DNA of 64,000 nucleotides from Stegostoma tigrinum. Its lineage: Eukaryota. The notes under the pieces are model-generated. The model saw only the letters and a list, made by a program, of their open reading frames with translations. It did not search any database and had not been told where the DNA came from. The translations under genes and the position numbers were made by a program. The DNA lies in assembly GCF_030684315.1 (NCBI RefSeq), contig NC_081357.1, positions 22,615,204-22,679,203 of the forward strand. The letters run 5' to 3'. Positions 1 through 11,449 of this stretch are shown one piece after another (position 1 is the first letter of the stretch; every line of letters starts with the position of its first letter).

Positions 1-32
1 ACAGCAGCAGCAAGCATAGCAACCAGAGCACC

Positions 33-252
33 ATAGATACAGGAGCGCTATAGTTACAGAGGCGCCATAGTTACAGGAGCACCCAAATTACAGGAGCGTT
101 ATAGTTACAGGAGCGCCATAGTTACAGAAGCACAATAGTACAGAGGCTCCATAGTTACAGGAGCGCTATAGCTACAGGAGCGCCACAGTTACAGAGGCGC
201 CATAGTTACAGGAGTATTATAGTTACAGGAGCACCATAGTTACAGGAGCATT
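33..252. repeat. 17-bp minisatellite, ~13 copies of ATAGTTACAGGAGCGCC
   Basis: Tandem units read directly (atagttacaggagcgcc / atagttacagaggcgcc / atagttacaggagcatt). Confidence 0.9.
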
Positions 253-272
253 ATACAATAGTAACAGTAACA

Positions 273-685
273 GGGAGACAGTGATGCAGTGGTAATGGTT
301 TAGTGGTAATCCAGCAAAGACTGTTAATTCAAGCTAATAATTCAGAGGCCCAGGCTAAGCTTCAGTGACATGGTTTCAAATCCCACCACAGCTGCTAATA
401 TAATTTCAATCCACTGAAATCTGGAATTGAAAACTGGTCCCATTACTGGTGACCAGGAACCAATTACCAAATGTTGCAAAAAATTAATCTGGTCCAGTTT
501 AGGGAAGGAAATCTACCAACCCTCCCTGGTCTGGCTCATATGTGACTCCAGATCCACAGCAACATAATTGATTCTTAACTGGCCTCTGAAACAGCCCCCA
601 TAGGCCATTCAGTTGGAGAGAAATCAGAGACAGACAACGGATACTGGCCTTATCAATGGCTCTCATAGCCCTATTAAAAAATAAA
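273..685 (+). mobile_element. tRNA-derived SINE, family B
   Basis: A-box-like gtgatgcagtggtaatg and B-box ggtttcaaatcccacc. The body tttagggaaggaaatct...ctggtctggc...gtgactccaga recurs at ~5005, 9508, 10635, 18113 and 36025. Confidence 0.8.
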
Positions 686-1399
686 GGGAAAAGACAGTGC
701 AACAGGAGCCCTCTAGTATTGATAGTGCAGTAAGAAAAGAACTGTATAGTAATAGTAACAATATTTCATTTCTTTTTATATAAAACTTTTTCAGAACTTC
801 CCCTTTATGCAATATTTTATGAGTTATGGGAAGGTATAGAGGGCTAGCTTTCACTGGATTAGGGAAGTAAAACAAATCTCAGTTTTACAAAGCATTTGTC
901 ACTGAATGCAGTTTGCAAAAGCAAGGTCTCTGGTTCTCAAATAGGTCTGGTATTTCTAAATCTGTTGGCACATTCTTGGAATCTCAGACATGAGCATTTC
1001 CAGTTGATTTCAAACAACCAAATGGTTCATATTTTGGACTGAAGGCACAGTTTTCGCTAAACTTGATTTGAAGGGTTTTTCATAACGTCACACTGATTAT
1101 TTCCATTGTGTTTGTACCCCTTGCTGCTTTGATCCTATGCCTCTTAGTTTGATGTTTGGCTGTTGCTGTCTGCAGTCCATCTTTTTGTTTTATTTCAGCT
1201 TCACTGGTAAATAGACAGTCTAGCCCAAGTCAGACCAGTGCAGCTTGGATTCCTAATTGTCTGATATTGTTTCATGAGTAAACCAGCTTTGATTACTTTC
1301 ACTTGTCGAAGTTCAGTTTCACTATGTGCCTAAATATACGCAGCAATGTTCTCCTCCAGAACTGAGGGAATGACAGCTGTTAGGGAAGGCACATTCGGC

Positions 1400-2040
1400 T
1401 GGGGACCCTTTATCCTTGAGGGTAACATGGAGGTCTTTACGATTATGAAGGGTTTTGGGAGAAAATATTTTTCTACTGGTGGTGGAATCTAAAAGGAGGG
1501 AACACAAGTAAAATGAGGAACTGAGGAGAGAGTGGTTACAATGTACAACATTTTGCCACTTGAAGTGACTAGGATTGATATAGAATCCCTAAAATGTGGA
1601 AGCAGGCCATTTGGCTCATCGACTCACACTGACCCTCCGAAAAGCATCCCACCCAGATTCATCCCCAACCCCCTACCCTATCCCTGAAACCCTGCATTTC
1701 CCATGGCTGATCCACCTGGCCTGCATATCCCTGAATGCTAGAGGCAATTTAGCATGGCCAATCCACCTAACCTGCACATCTTTGGACCGTGGGAGGGAAC
1801 CAGAGCACCCACAGAAAGCCCACGCAGACATGGGGAGAATGTGCAGACTCCACACAGAGAGTCACCTGAGGGTGGAATCGAACTCAGGTCCTAACACTGT
1901 GAGGCAGCAGTGCTAACCACTGAGCCACCGTGAGAGCAAATTAGTCATATAGAAGGGAGAAATGATTAGAAGGATATGTTGATTGGGTTAACTTGGAGAA
2001 GCATGTTGGTTTGTGTAGAATATAAATGCTCTGGAAACTC
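1400..2040 (+). mobile_element. Old CR1 LINE 3' fragment split by the HE1 SINE
   Basis: gaggtctttacgattatgaagggtttt and agagagtggttacaatg are typical of the CR1 ORF2 end. The sequence resumes after 1932 (agaaggatatg...). Confidence 0.55.
1580..1932 (-). mobile_element. HE1-type V-SINE
   Basis: Reverse strand reads cacggtggctcagtggttagcactgctgcctcacag...gagttcgattcc (tRNA head), then the V-domain gtgtggagtctgcacattctccccatgtctgcgtggg and a CR1-like tail. Confidence 0.9.
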
Positions 2041-2398
2041 TCTTTTTGTCATTTCCATTAACATTCATCTATATAACTCGATGAAGTAGATGTCCAAAAA
2101 ATTTCAATCTGTCATGCCCATTTTTTGCCTCAATGCCCAGCCCTCACCACCCACAGCTTCCATGTGCTCAGACTGGCCCACGGTCATCTCAGCTGCCCAG
2201 TGAACCCAGGCTGCTGCTAACAGTCATCTCCAGCTCCCAGGACCCTGATTGCTCTGGATTCACAGCCTCCTCACTCCCTAATTCTACCAATGCCAACATT
2301 CGCAATTCTTTTCCTCCCACTGTTTATATATTCAAAATAAGACACATGAACAATGTTTAGAGGCCTTCAATCACCCCCTTCCTCATATAACCCCCCCC

Positions 2399-2399
<1 letters not shown>

Positions 2400-2457
<58 letters not shown>

Positions 2458-2693
2458 GCACGTGCGCAAACACACACAGGCACACTCTTGCATATGCACA
2501 CATATACACGCACACATATGCACACACTTACATATACACACAAACATTCATGTACACACACACATATATGCACACACACAAACAAGCACATGCACACAGG
2601 CACACACTTGATCGCGTACACACACACACTCACAGACACAAACATGCACACACACGCAAGCATACACACACACTGTGCACATACATGCACAAG

Positions 2694-2728
<35 letters not shown>

Positions 2729-2980
2729 TGAATACACATGCACACAGACACACACATACACATGTAATTACATGCACATACATTCACACATACACATGTG
2801 TGCACACACACACCACACACACATGTACACACACATGTGCATGCACACATATATGCACACATATGCATGGACACATTCACATGTACACACACACATAAAC
2901 ACATACATACACACACACACATACACACACACACACACACACACGCACACGCGCACACACATTTGCGCGCACACACGTGT
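2400..2980. repeat. (CA)n microsatellite decaying into a CA/CATA/CACG-rich low-complexity tract
   Basis: Pure (CA)n at ~2401-2455, then interrupted purine-pyrimidine alternation. Confidence 0.95.
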
Positions 2981-3711
2981 TCCCAATTATGCATGTGTAC
3001 ACATGGTGTCATCGGCAGAGGATATTCAGATGCCTTTGATATCCTTTCATTGGTGGTCTCACTACAGTTAAAAGGAGAGTCAATCAGTCTGCCTATTCTA
3101 ACACATTTAAAAATGCCCCTAATGTAGCACTTCCCCAGGCATTGTGCAGTGAAGAATCTATGCGAATGGAAACCAGCAAAAACATCTTGAGATTGGTGAA
3201 ATTGAGTAATGATGGGACCTGATTGCTCACTCTAAATTGATTTCTTCATCTGAGTTCTGTTTTTTTTTGCCTGTTTGTCTCCATGTCAGTGTGCATTTTA
3301 CTGTGCTCCATCACCAGCACACTCGCTGGCCTGCAAGCAGCTTATAAATGATGACATTTGAAACAAACTCAAAAGGAGAATACTAGGGAATACAAAGATA
3401 ATGCTTTGTTTTATTATGCCATTTTCTCATCATCGCTGTGCACTTTTGGAAAATTGCAGGTACACTAAAAAAATCAGAACACATTTGCTCCTTGCCATTA
3501 CCATTGGAACACTGTTTCAAAAGTATCTCAGGATATGAAACAGGAAACAAGAAGCAAATCAGTAAATAAGAAACATAGAAAATTAATCCTAGCTCAGGCT
3601 GAAGAGCCAGCATGTCCCCTGTTTTATTTTGATGTATATTGATAACATGGAGGAAAAAACAAGTGAGATCCAATTTTGGATGAAAAACTGTTGAGTTCTA
3701 TTAATCAATTT

Positions 3712-3792
3712 ATTTATCTCTCTCTCTCTCTCTCTATCTATCTAACTATCTCTCTCTATCTACCTATCTCTCTATCTAGCTTTCTATCTACT
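3712..3792. repeat. (TC)n/(TCTA)n compound microsatellite
   Basis: tatctctctctctctctctctatctatctaactatctctctctatctacctatctctctatcta. Confidence 0.85.
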
Positions 3793-3794
3793 GA

Positions 3795-4095
3795 TTTTCG
3801 TCATGTGTCCCTAAGTACAGTGAAAGGTTCTGTTTTGCATTTTGTACAGACTGATCATACCAAACAAAGTACATTAAGGTTGTAGAACAGAGTGAAGAAT
3901 ACAATGTTACAGCTGCAGAGAAGGTGCACAGAGAACGAGATCAACATTTAAATTTAAAATTTGAGAGTTTCTTTCAGAAGCCTAGTAGCAACAAGGAAGA
4001 AGCTGTTCTTGAATCTGTTGGTATGTATGTTTAAGTTTTTGTTTGACCAATGGAAAAGATTGGAAGAGATTATAACTGGGTTGGGAGGGGTCTTT
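3795..4095 (-). mobile_element. Rex1/Babar-like LINE 3' end
   Basis: Reverse complement matches 6140-6565 (ttcaagaacagcttctt; cactgtacttagggacacatgac). Confidence 0.7.
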
Positions 4096-4537
4096 CTTTG
4101 CGATGATACATTGATGCATGCTCCAGTGGCTGGTCTCTGAAGCTGGGCCTCCCAGGCAAGATTTTCATGATGGTGGTGAGCTGACTGCCCCTGTCATGTC
4201 TCCAGAAATGGCTTACTGTTAACACCATATATTAATTTGTTTGGGTGACGTGCCTGACAGATATCAGTCCTGTCCTGAGGCCAAGTGATGGTGAAAGAAG
4301 GAGAGGGAGCAGTGTCCCTGAGAGAAGCAATGCTGTTTCCTCACCATCTCCATAGAAACAAGCTCAGAAGGTGCAGTCCGTTATGGCAGTAGATGTGAAC
4401 AGCCCCAGGAAGAGCTCTACGAAGTAGAAATAGTTTTCCAGGAAAGGTCCTTACACAGATGTTAATGCTCTTATTCTCATGTTCTATCCAGAAAAGTGGC
4501 TGTGCTACTAGATGGACTCGGAACAGTAGATGAGGAA

Positions 4538-4749
4538 GAGATAACAAGGTGTAGAGCAGGATGATCACAGCAGGCCAAGCAGCATCATAGGAGCAGGAAA
4601 GCTGACATTTCAGGCCTAGACCCTTCTTCAGTCAAGGCCCAAAATGTCAGCTCTCCTGCTCTTATGATGCTGCTTGGCCTGCTGTGTTCATCCAGCTCCA
4701 CACCCTGTTATCTCAGATTCTCCAGCATCTGCAGTTCCTACTGTCTATG
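4538..4749 (+). mobile_element. Fold-back Penelope pseudo-LTR mini-element (family A)
   Basis: Inverted arms gagataacaagg... and ...ctgttatctc (4538-4714) plus a 35-nt tail. Flanked by gatgaggaa at 4529-4537 and 4750-4758. Confidence 0.85.
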
Positions 4750-5000
4750 GATGAGGAATAATTCAATCAGAGAGTAGTGAGCCTGTGGAATTCTCTGCCA
4801 CAAGAAACTATTGGGGCCAGTTCATTAGCTAGATTCAAGAGGAAGTTGGATGTGATCCTTGGGGCTAAAGGGAACAAGGGATGTGGGGAGAGGATGGGAA
4901 TAGGATATTGAAATTGCATGAGCAGCCATGATATATTGAATGGTGGTACAGGCTCAAAGGGCCATGTGGCCTATTCCTGCATTTATTTTCTATATTTCTA
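4750..5000 (+). mobile_element. CR1 LINE 3' end
   Basis: cagagagtagtgagcctgtggaattctctgccaca...ggcctattcctgc...tttctat, the usual CR1 ORF2 end and 3' UTR. Confidence 0.8.
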
Positions 5001-5004
5001 TAAC

Positions 5005-5470
5005 GGGGATGCCTGGGCCAATAGTCTGAAGATAGGTGTTCAAATCCCACAATGGCAGTTAAACTTAAACTTACTTAAAAGAGTAAAATGTGGAACTCAA
5101 AGACGGAACTAGAAATAATAACCACAAATTTAGCAGGTTGTTGCTAAAAACGGAACAGAAGCAAAAAAAACCCAGTCATTAATGTTCTTGAGAGAAGGAA
5201 ATCTATTGTTCTGGAACAAAAACAAAGTCGCTGGAAAATTTCAGCAGGTCTGTGAAGGAAAAAACAGAGTTAACATTTTGGGTCCGGTGACCCTTCCTCA
5301 TAACAGGACCCGAAACGTTAACTCTGTTTTTTCCTTCATAGATGCTGCCAGACCTGCTGAGCTTTTCCAGCAACTTCTGTTTTTGTTCCTAATTTACAGC
5401 ACCCGCAGTTCTTTGCGTTTTTAATCTATTGATCTGACGCAGTCTCCCCTACCTGTGACTCCAGGCCCAT
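5005..5470 (+). mobile_element. SINE family B interrupted by a fold-back mini-element
   Basis: ggtgttcaaatcccac head and agaaggaaatct, resuming after 5422 with cctacctgtgactccag. Confidence 0.65.
5214..5422 (+). mobile_element. Fold-back Penelope pseudo-LTR mini-element (family B)
   Basis: Inverted arms ggaacaaaaacaaagtcgctggaaaa... and ...ttttccagcaacttctgtttttgttcc plus a 33-nt tail. TSD aatctattg(t/a)tctg at 5200-5213 and 5423-5436. Confidence 0.85.
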
Positions 5471-6139
5471 TCCAAACTGCTGTGAATTTTCCTGCAGAAT
5501 GCACGAGCCAAACATCTGCAATTAACTGTGAAGCACTGGGTGTGCTACCATCCATATGTTCAAATTGTGTTGGTTCTTTAGGGGCTTATGTGGTTGCATG
5601 TGTGTGAGGATAGCCGCCTTGTGTTCTAATGAGAAGAGTCCTGTAATCTTTTTATTACATGTCTGCAACTGATGACATGCTACAGCATAGACCCGGCCTG
5701 ACTATTGAGGCTGTGAGGAGAAACATTAGCTCCAGGTCCATTTCCAATAGGTTCCTTCTCTACTCTCTCACGAGACATCATCAGACTGGTGCTATTGCAC
5801 TCAAATAAGTACTAACTCTCCAGACACATATACAGTAGTTCGACAGCAGGGTGGCAACGTCACTTTCTCAAGGGTGAGAAATGTTAGTCTTCCCACTGAA
5901 ACCCACATTGTGTAAATAAACGAACACAGAAATCCTTCAAAATCCATTCAAGGTGAAAGGGAAGAAAAAAAATCAACGTATATTTTCTGATAATCACAAG
6001 CATCTACTCACAGTTAGAAGTTAGAGCTACAGTTATCCAGTTGGGTGATGTACCTAACCCTAACTCCAGAACTCCTATAGAACACAATCCAATCTAGATG
6101 CTTCACAGTTCGTAGGGAATCTAATCTAATCTAAATGCA

Positions 6140-6565
6140 CTTCCCAAGACTGCAAGAAACTGCAGAGAGTTGTGAACACAGCCCAGTCCATCACACAAAC
6201 CAGCCTTACATCCATTGACTCCATCTATACTTCCTGCTGCCTTGGGAAAGCATCCAGCAAAATCTAAGACCCCTTTGACGCCCGTTATACTCTATTTCAC
6301 CCTACACCATCAGGCAGAAGATACAGAAGTTTGAACACATGCACAAACATATTCAAGAACAGCTTCTTTCCCTCTGTTTTCAGGCTTCTGAACAGACCTT
6401 TCAAATGCTAATTCTGATCTCTCTCCCCCTGCTCCTTCTTTACAGCCGTAAGACTGTATTCTGCTACCCTGATGAACTTTGTGTGGTGCGGTCTGCCTGT
6501 ATAGCACGCAAAACAAGGCTTTTCATTGTATCTTGGTACATGTGACAACAATAAATCCATCAATC
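6140..6565 (+). mobile_element. Rex1/Babar-like LINE 3' end
   Basis: Translates QDCKKLQRVVNTAQSITQT...PSGRRYRSLNTCTNIFKNSFFPSVFRLLN, a typical Rex1 ORF C-terminus, and ends aataaatc(aatc). Confidence 0.8.
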
Positions 6566-6604
6566 ATCCTCCCAGGCTCCATGCCCCTATCCCCTTTCCT
6601 CAAC

Positions 6605-6745
6605 ACAATGCTGCCAAAGGATCACTGGACTTGAAACCTTAGCTCTGTTTTTCTCTCTACAGATGCTGCCATACTTGTCAGGCTTCTCTAGAATTTTCTG
6701 CCCTTCCTGCAGATTTCCAGCATCAGCAGTTCTTTGTTTTGTGTT
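6605..6745 (+). mobile_element. Solo degenerate Penelope pseudo-LTR (family B)
   Basis: ggatcactggacttgaaac...agatgctgcca...atttccagcatcagcagttcttt aligns with 5290-5422. Confidence 0.65.
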
Positions 6746-7689
6746 TTTTTTTGTTTTACGCATTGCTTTCACCTTGTTGCTTGTGACAGATCCTGTTCCA
6801 TCGGTACTGAGCACCCTTTCACAGCTCACCTTCCCTTTAATGTGTAAGTTGGTGACTAGTGAGAGAGGCACTGCTGGTACTGTTCAGATACTCATGTTTC
6901 TAACGGGGGGGGAGGGGGGAGAGGGGATTTTATTGATTACAAGGGGGGGGGGGGTCTTAGCCGATTCTTCCCTCCAGAGTTAAAGTGGTGAGGAGACTGC
7001 AGCGTTAAATGCCATGACCTGAGCTCGGGTCAACTAACTGGGATGGCGTTTGGGACATGGCAAGTTGACAGTAAGGCCCAGGCGTTTGTTGTGCCTCACT
7101 GAGCCACTGAAGGCTCCGTCATATCTATCTGACTTGCTGATCAGGGAAAAAACATTTTAAGAGTTTTGTTAAAGTATTCGCCCTCTTTAATTTTCCCAGC
7201 AAGTTCCCTCACTTTCCAGAACATGTTGATTCCTGTGAGGACGTAGTTACGTAACATGCAGACCGTTGTTTGAAAGCCGTTTGTCGGGTGATGCATCGTT
7301 CATACGTGAACTGGACAGTGTGAAAGCTATTTAATTGTTAGGCTGTGCTGCAACTGAATGTCAACAATGTCTACAGACACACGCAGTGTTTATATCAGTG
7401 ATTACTGATTAAAAGCAGGAACCCTGGATCTCCTCTCCTTTCTCTAAAGCCACACACATTGCTGAAAATCCAAAGATCTCAGCACATCTTATGGCAAGTG
7501 CTGAACAGAAGTGCAACATGTAGTGTCCCTACCCGATGAGCCAGGAGGCCTCCCTCTTTTAGTGCTGTGCTGTATTTAACGGCTTAGAATAGAGCAAGGA
7601 GTGTCTTCAGTGTGTATGGCTCAGCTTAACACTGAACAGTTTATTCAACACTCAATCATTGGGGAATCCTTTTTATAAATGGCTTTGAA

Positions 7690-8178
7690 AGACAGTGGCC
7701 ACGGGCTTCACTGTAACATCACAGAGAGCACAAAGTCACTTCTGTACTTCTCTGTTTAGTTCTACGATATCTGTGACTTGTGACTGTAACCACCAGACAG
7801 TGCTGAGAGTTGGCCCAAGACTAAAAGCAGAACTGTGCTTACTTTTTGTGTTTCCTCCTCTCCCACGTTATTCATATCTTGTCTCTTTGCGCATATGTCC
7901 ATAAGTGTACAGGAACTTTAAAAGGGGTAGAGTATAAGTTATAGAGTTATAAGTTACCAGTTTGTTTCTTCCTCATCAATGATTGAAGCTGTTTGATTAC
8001 AATAAATGATGAGGTTCTTGTTAATGATATGAACCAAGTTTGAATATTCTTCTAATTTGATTTTGATAGTTAAGTAAAATTGGGAAATTCAGTCCCCTAA
8101 TCAAATTTTCATATCTGTGACAGATCTGAGAAGAGTGGGGCTCTATTTCCGGAGCCCTATCCCAAGGAATCATGACAG
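7690..8178 (+). mobile_element. LTR-like fragment (Gypsy type)
   Basis: Resembles 48300-48620, has AATAAA, and ends ...ggaatcatgaca. Confidence 0.35.
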
Positions 8179-8451
8179 TAGGAATTCTGTGATAAATGAG
8201 CCACCTCCTGATTTCTCAAAGCCTCAAACAACAAGGTACAAGTCAGGTGTGTGATGGGATATTTTCTGTGTACCTTGATTAGTGCAGCTCCAACATCATT
8301 AAGGAAGCTCGACATCATCCAGGGTAAAGCAGCCCAATAAATCAGCAAATACCTAACATTTTCAACACTCACTTCTTTCACTATGGACACTCAGCAACTC
8401 TACTATCTACCATGGACAAGATGACAGACAATAACGCACCAACCAACTCAG

Positions 8452-8545
8452 GGGTTCTTATGGCACAGTGCTAGTGCCCTTTTCAGTGAGCCAGCAGATC
8501 TGCATTCAAGTCCCCCACTACTCCCAGGAGTAAGTTACATAAGGG
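8452..8545 (+). mobile_element. Short tRNA-derived SINE, family C
   Basis: gggttcttatggcacagtgctagtg...tgagccag...ttcaagtccc. Related copies at 18460-18570 and 7520-7552. Confidence 0.55.
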
Positions 8546-8589
8546 AGAGCCTTCCTGTACAGGGTGATCAAAGGGCAGCTGTCCAAGGA

Positions 8590-9155
8590 GCCAGGGAGAC
8601 CACACTGGGAGTATTGAGAACAGTTTTCATCCCCTCATTTAAGAAGAAAAATCATTTCATTGAAAGCAGTTCAGAGATATTTACTGGGATGATCCCTGGC
8701 ATGGAGAGATTGTCTTTTGAGCAAAGGCTAAAAACGTTGAAATGCTACTTGCTGGAGTTTCAAAGAATGAGAGTTGATCTTGTTGAAACTAGTTGGATTC
8801 TTAAGGGGCTTGATAAGGTAAAAGCCGAGAGGATATTTCCTCCTATGAGAGAGTCTAGCACGAGAGGGGGTAGTCTCAGAATTAATGGGTGCTAATTTAA
8901 GACTGATATGGGAATGAATTTCTTCTCTCAAAGGGTTGTGGGTCTTTGGAACTCCTTGCCACAGAGAGCTGTATGGATAAATTCCCTGTGTATATTTAAG
9001 GCTGAGATAGATAGATTCTTGATCAATCGGGGAATCAAGCGTTTATGGAGAAATGGCAGGAAAGTCGACGTAGGGAATGTTGAATCCTATTGGATGGCAG
9101 AGCAGGCTTGAGGGGCTGAATGGCCTACTCCTTTACCTATTTCTTATGGTTTTAA
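8590..9155 (+). mobile_element. CR1 LINE 3' fragment
   Basis: ORF track FTGMIPGMERLSFEQRLKTL and FFSQRVVGLWNSLPQRAV. Tail gggctgaatggcctactcc...ttcttatgg. Confidence 0.9.
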
Positions 9156-9507
9156 AGTCCCTTCCACGGCACTTTCCAATCTGCAACCACTGACATCTGT
9201 AAGGACAAGAGAAGCAGATACATGGGAAGACCACCAATAGTAAGTGCCCTTCCAAGCCACTCAACATCCAGACAAGCTCACTGGTACATTCAATGTCACT
9301 GGGCTAAAGTTCTGTAACTCCCTGCCTAGCACCATTTTAGGTGTGTCTACATCGTGTGGGCTGCAGGAGTTTTAGAATGCAGCTCACCCTTACCTTCTGC
9401 AGGGCCATTAAGATTGAGGAATGCAAGCTGTTTGGCCAGCCATGCAGGTAGGGCTTGACATCACCTCAACCATGAAATGAGAACTTCCCCTGTGTGCTTT
9501 TGTGGGA

Positions 9508-9835
9508 ATGGTGACAACAGAATGGAACTGTCACTGGGTTAGTAATACAGAGGACCAAACTGATGCTCCGAGGGTTTTTGTTCAAATCTGTTAAATAAAA
9601 TGAACCAAGTGTGGAATTGAAGGCTAGTTTTGATAATGCTGATTATTAACTTACCTTTGATTGCTGTTTTAGAAAAGATTCTGTATCACAATGTCCTTTA
9701 GGGAAGGAAGTCTGCCCCCTCACCTGGTCTGAACTACATATATCTCCAAATCCACAGTAACTGCCCTATGAAATAGCCAGATGAGGGGATGAGCAGCAAA
9801 TGCTTCCCTTACTACCTGGAAGAATAAATATAAAA
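9508..9835 (+). mobile_element. SINE family B
   Basis: gttcaaatc, tgtcctttagggaaggaagtctgcc...cctggtctg. Confidence 0.7.
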
Positions 9836-10194
9836 TATAGAGGCATGAGTTAACTGCTTTCCTGTTAACAGGTTAAAGTTATTTTAATTTTCATTCAAAG
9901 TGTGAGTATTTGAGTAGATTTACTAAATTCATTAAGATACTGCAAAAAGGGATAGTCGGAGTTGTGCATATGCAGGGAAATTCTCTGGATTCCACTGATT
10001 CTCTGGAGTGGTTTTCAATGGAAACTTTGGGGTATCGGCATTAAGTACTTTGTGCCATTTTTACCCAGGATCTGTTGGCTGAGTTTTGTTGCAAGCCATT
10101 AACGTAACCCACAGTAAAGATTCCAGTGTGAACATGTCGTAGTTCAGTTTGTGGCTGGGCTGTTTAGTGTCTGCCATCTGTAAGATGTGCTACA

Positions 10195-10622
10195 GAAATT
10201 CACCAAACGCTCCTTATACAGCACCTGCCAAGCCCATGATCACTTCCACATAGAAGGGCACATGGGAACACCAGCACCTGCAAGTTTCCCTCCAACCACT
10301 CACCATCCTGGCAGAGAAATATATTGCCATTCCTTCTCTGTTGCTGGGTCAAAATTGTGGAACTCCATTCCGGAAAGTTTGAGGAAGGGTCACCGACTCG
10401 AAACGCTAACTCTGTGTTTTCCTTCATAGGTGCTGCCAGATCTGCTGAGCTTTATCAGCAACTTTGTTTTTCTTCCTTGCTTTTCATCCCTGAAGTTGGT
10501 AGGTATACCTACAGCACTTGGATAGCTATGGCTCAAGAAGGCACCTCGAAGGAGTAACTAGGGATGAACATTAAATATTAGCACAACCAGTAAAGTCCAC
10601 GTCCCATGAGTGAATAAAAACA
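10195..10622 (+). mobile_element. LINE family 2 3' end with a pseudo-LTR insert at ~10372-10480
   Basis: catgggaacaccagcacctgcaagtttccctcc...gctgggtcaaaa...tcccatgagtgaataaaaa. The insert reads tgaggaagggtcaccgactcgaaacg. Confidence 0.75.
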
Positions 10623-10634
10623 AAGCTCCCTAAC

Positions 10635-10928
10635 CAGAAACTCAGCTCATGTTCTGGGGGCGCCTGGGTTTGAATCCTGCCATGGTGGATGGTGGAATTT
10701 GAATTTATTTGAAAAACAAAATCCTGGAGTTAAGGGCCCAATGATGGCCATGAAACTAGTGTTGACTCTTAGGCAAACCCATCTGGTTCTTTGGGAAGGA
10801 AAACTGCCAAGCTTACCTGGTCTGGCCCACATGAGAATCTAGGCTCTTAACTACCCTTTGGGCAATTAGGGCTGGGCAATAAATGCTGGCCTAACCAGAG
10901 ACCCTGGCATCCTGTCAACGAATTAAAC
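10635..10928 (+). mobile_element. SINE family B
   Basis: gggtttgaatcctgccatgg, gggaaggaaaactgcc, tail gggcaattagggctgggcaataaatgctggcc. Confidence 0.8.
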
Positions 10929-10985
10929 TTAAGGCTACACTCTGGTGTGACCCTAATGGAGCGTAACGCTCCTAATAGAGTGATG

Positions 10986-11446
10986 TTGGGAGGAAGTTTA
11001 CAGCCATCTTGTGGGTTTGAAGATGTGATGGGGGGGTGTGGGTGGGGAAGGAAGAACGCGTAAAATGCAGCGCATGGCTTTCCTGCTCTCTGGCTCCCCA
11101 CTTTGACTGATTTTCCATTTTATTTTGGGGGGGGGGGGTGCTGGTGTTGGTCATTGAAGGAGTCAGAAACCACTCACCTCACTGCAGCCTGCCAATAGAC
11201 CTCATTAATACTGTTAGCAGTACTCGCCATCATTAGCTCCAGTGGCCACTGCTGGAACCTGGCATTGCTAAAACAACAGAGCTATTGACCAATCTGATTG
11301 CCTGGCAGCTCAGCTCTCTCTAGTGGTGGAAACCATCACCTTAGCCAATTAATGCCCTTCTGAATATTAAATGGCTGCAGGGCAGTCGATATGGGGTGTT
11401 CAGATGATGTGGTGGGAAATCTTGCCTTGTAAAAAATCCTCCCCAA
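10986..11446. mobile_element. MITE-like non-autonomous DNA transposon (possibly PIF/Harbinger type)
   Basis: Imperfect terminal inverted repeats ttgggaggaagtttaca (10986) and tgtaaaaaatcctccccaa (11428-11446), no ORF. Confidence 0.45.
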
Positions 11447-11449
11447 TGA

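Larger units (their letters stand above)
8180..9450 (+). mobile_element. CR1/L2-group LINE (family 2) 3' part hosting a nested SINE and CR1
   Basis: acaagtcaggtgtgtgatgg...gcagctccaaca...catccagggtaaagcagccc at 8180-8450 continues at 9156-9450 (ccttccaagccactca...gcagctcacc). Confidence 0.7.

Noticed and set aside
33-252. CRISPR-like regular repeats (also 31438-32450)
   Set aside because: Head-to-tail tandem units with no unique spacers, no cas genes and a vertebrate context.
2353-3127. Six overlapping His/Thr- and Cys/Val-rich ORFs
   Set aside because: They are translations of the (CA)n/(TG)n microsatellite.
6904-6955. Poly-G runs as promoter or G4 element
   Set aside because: Short homopolymers with no CpG island or other support, and prone to sequencing error.
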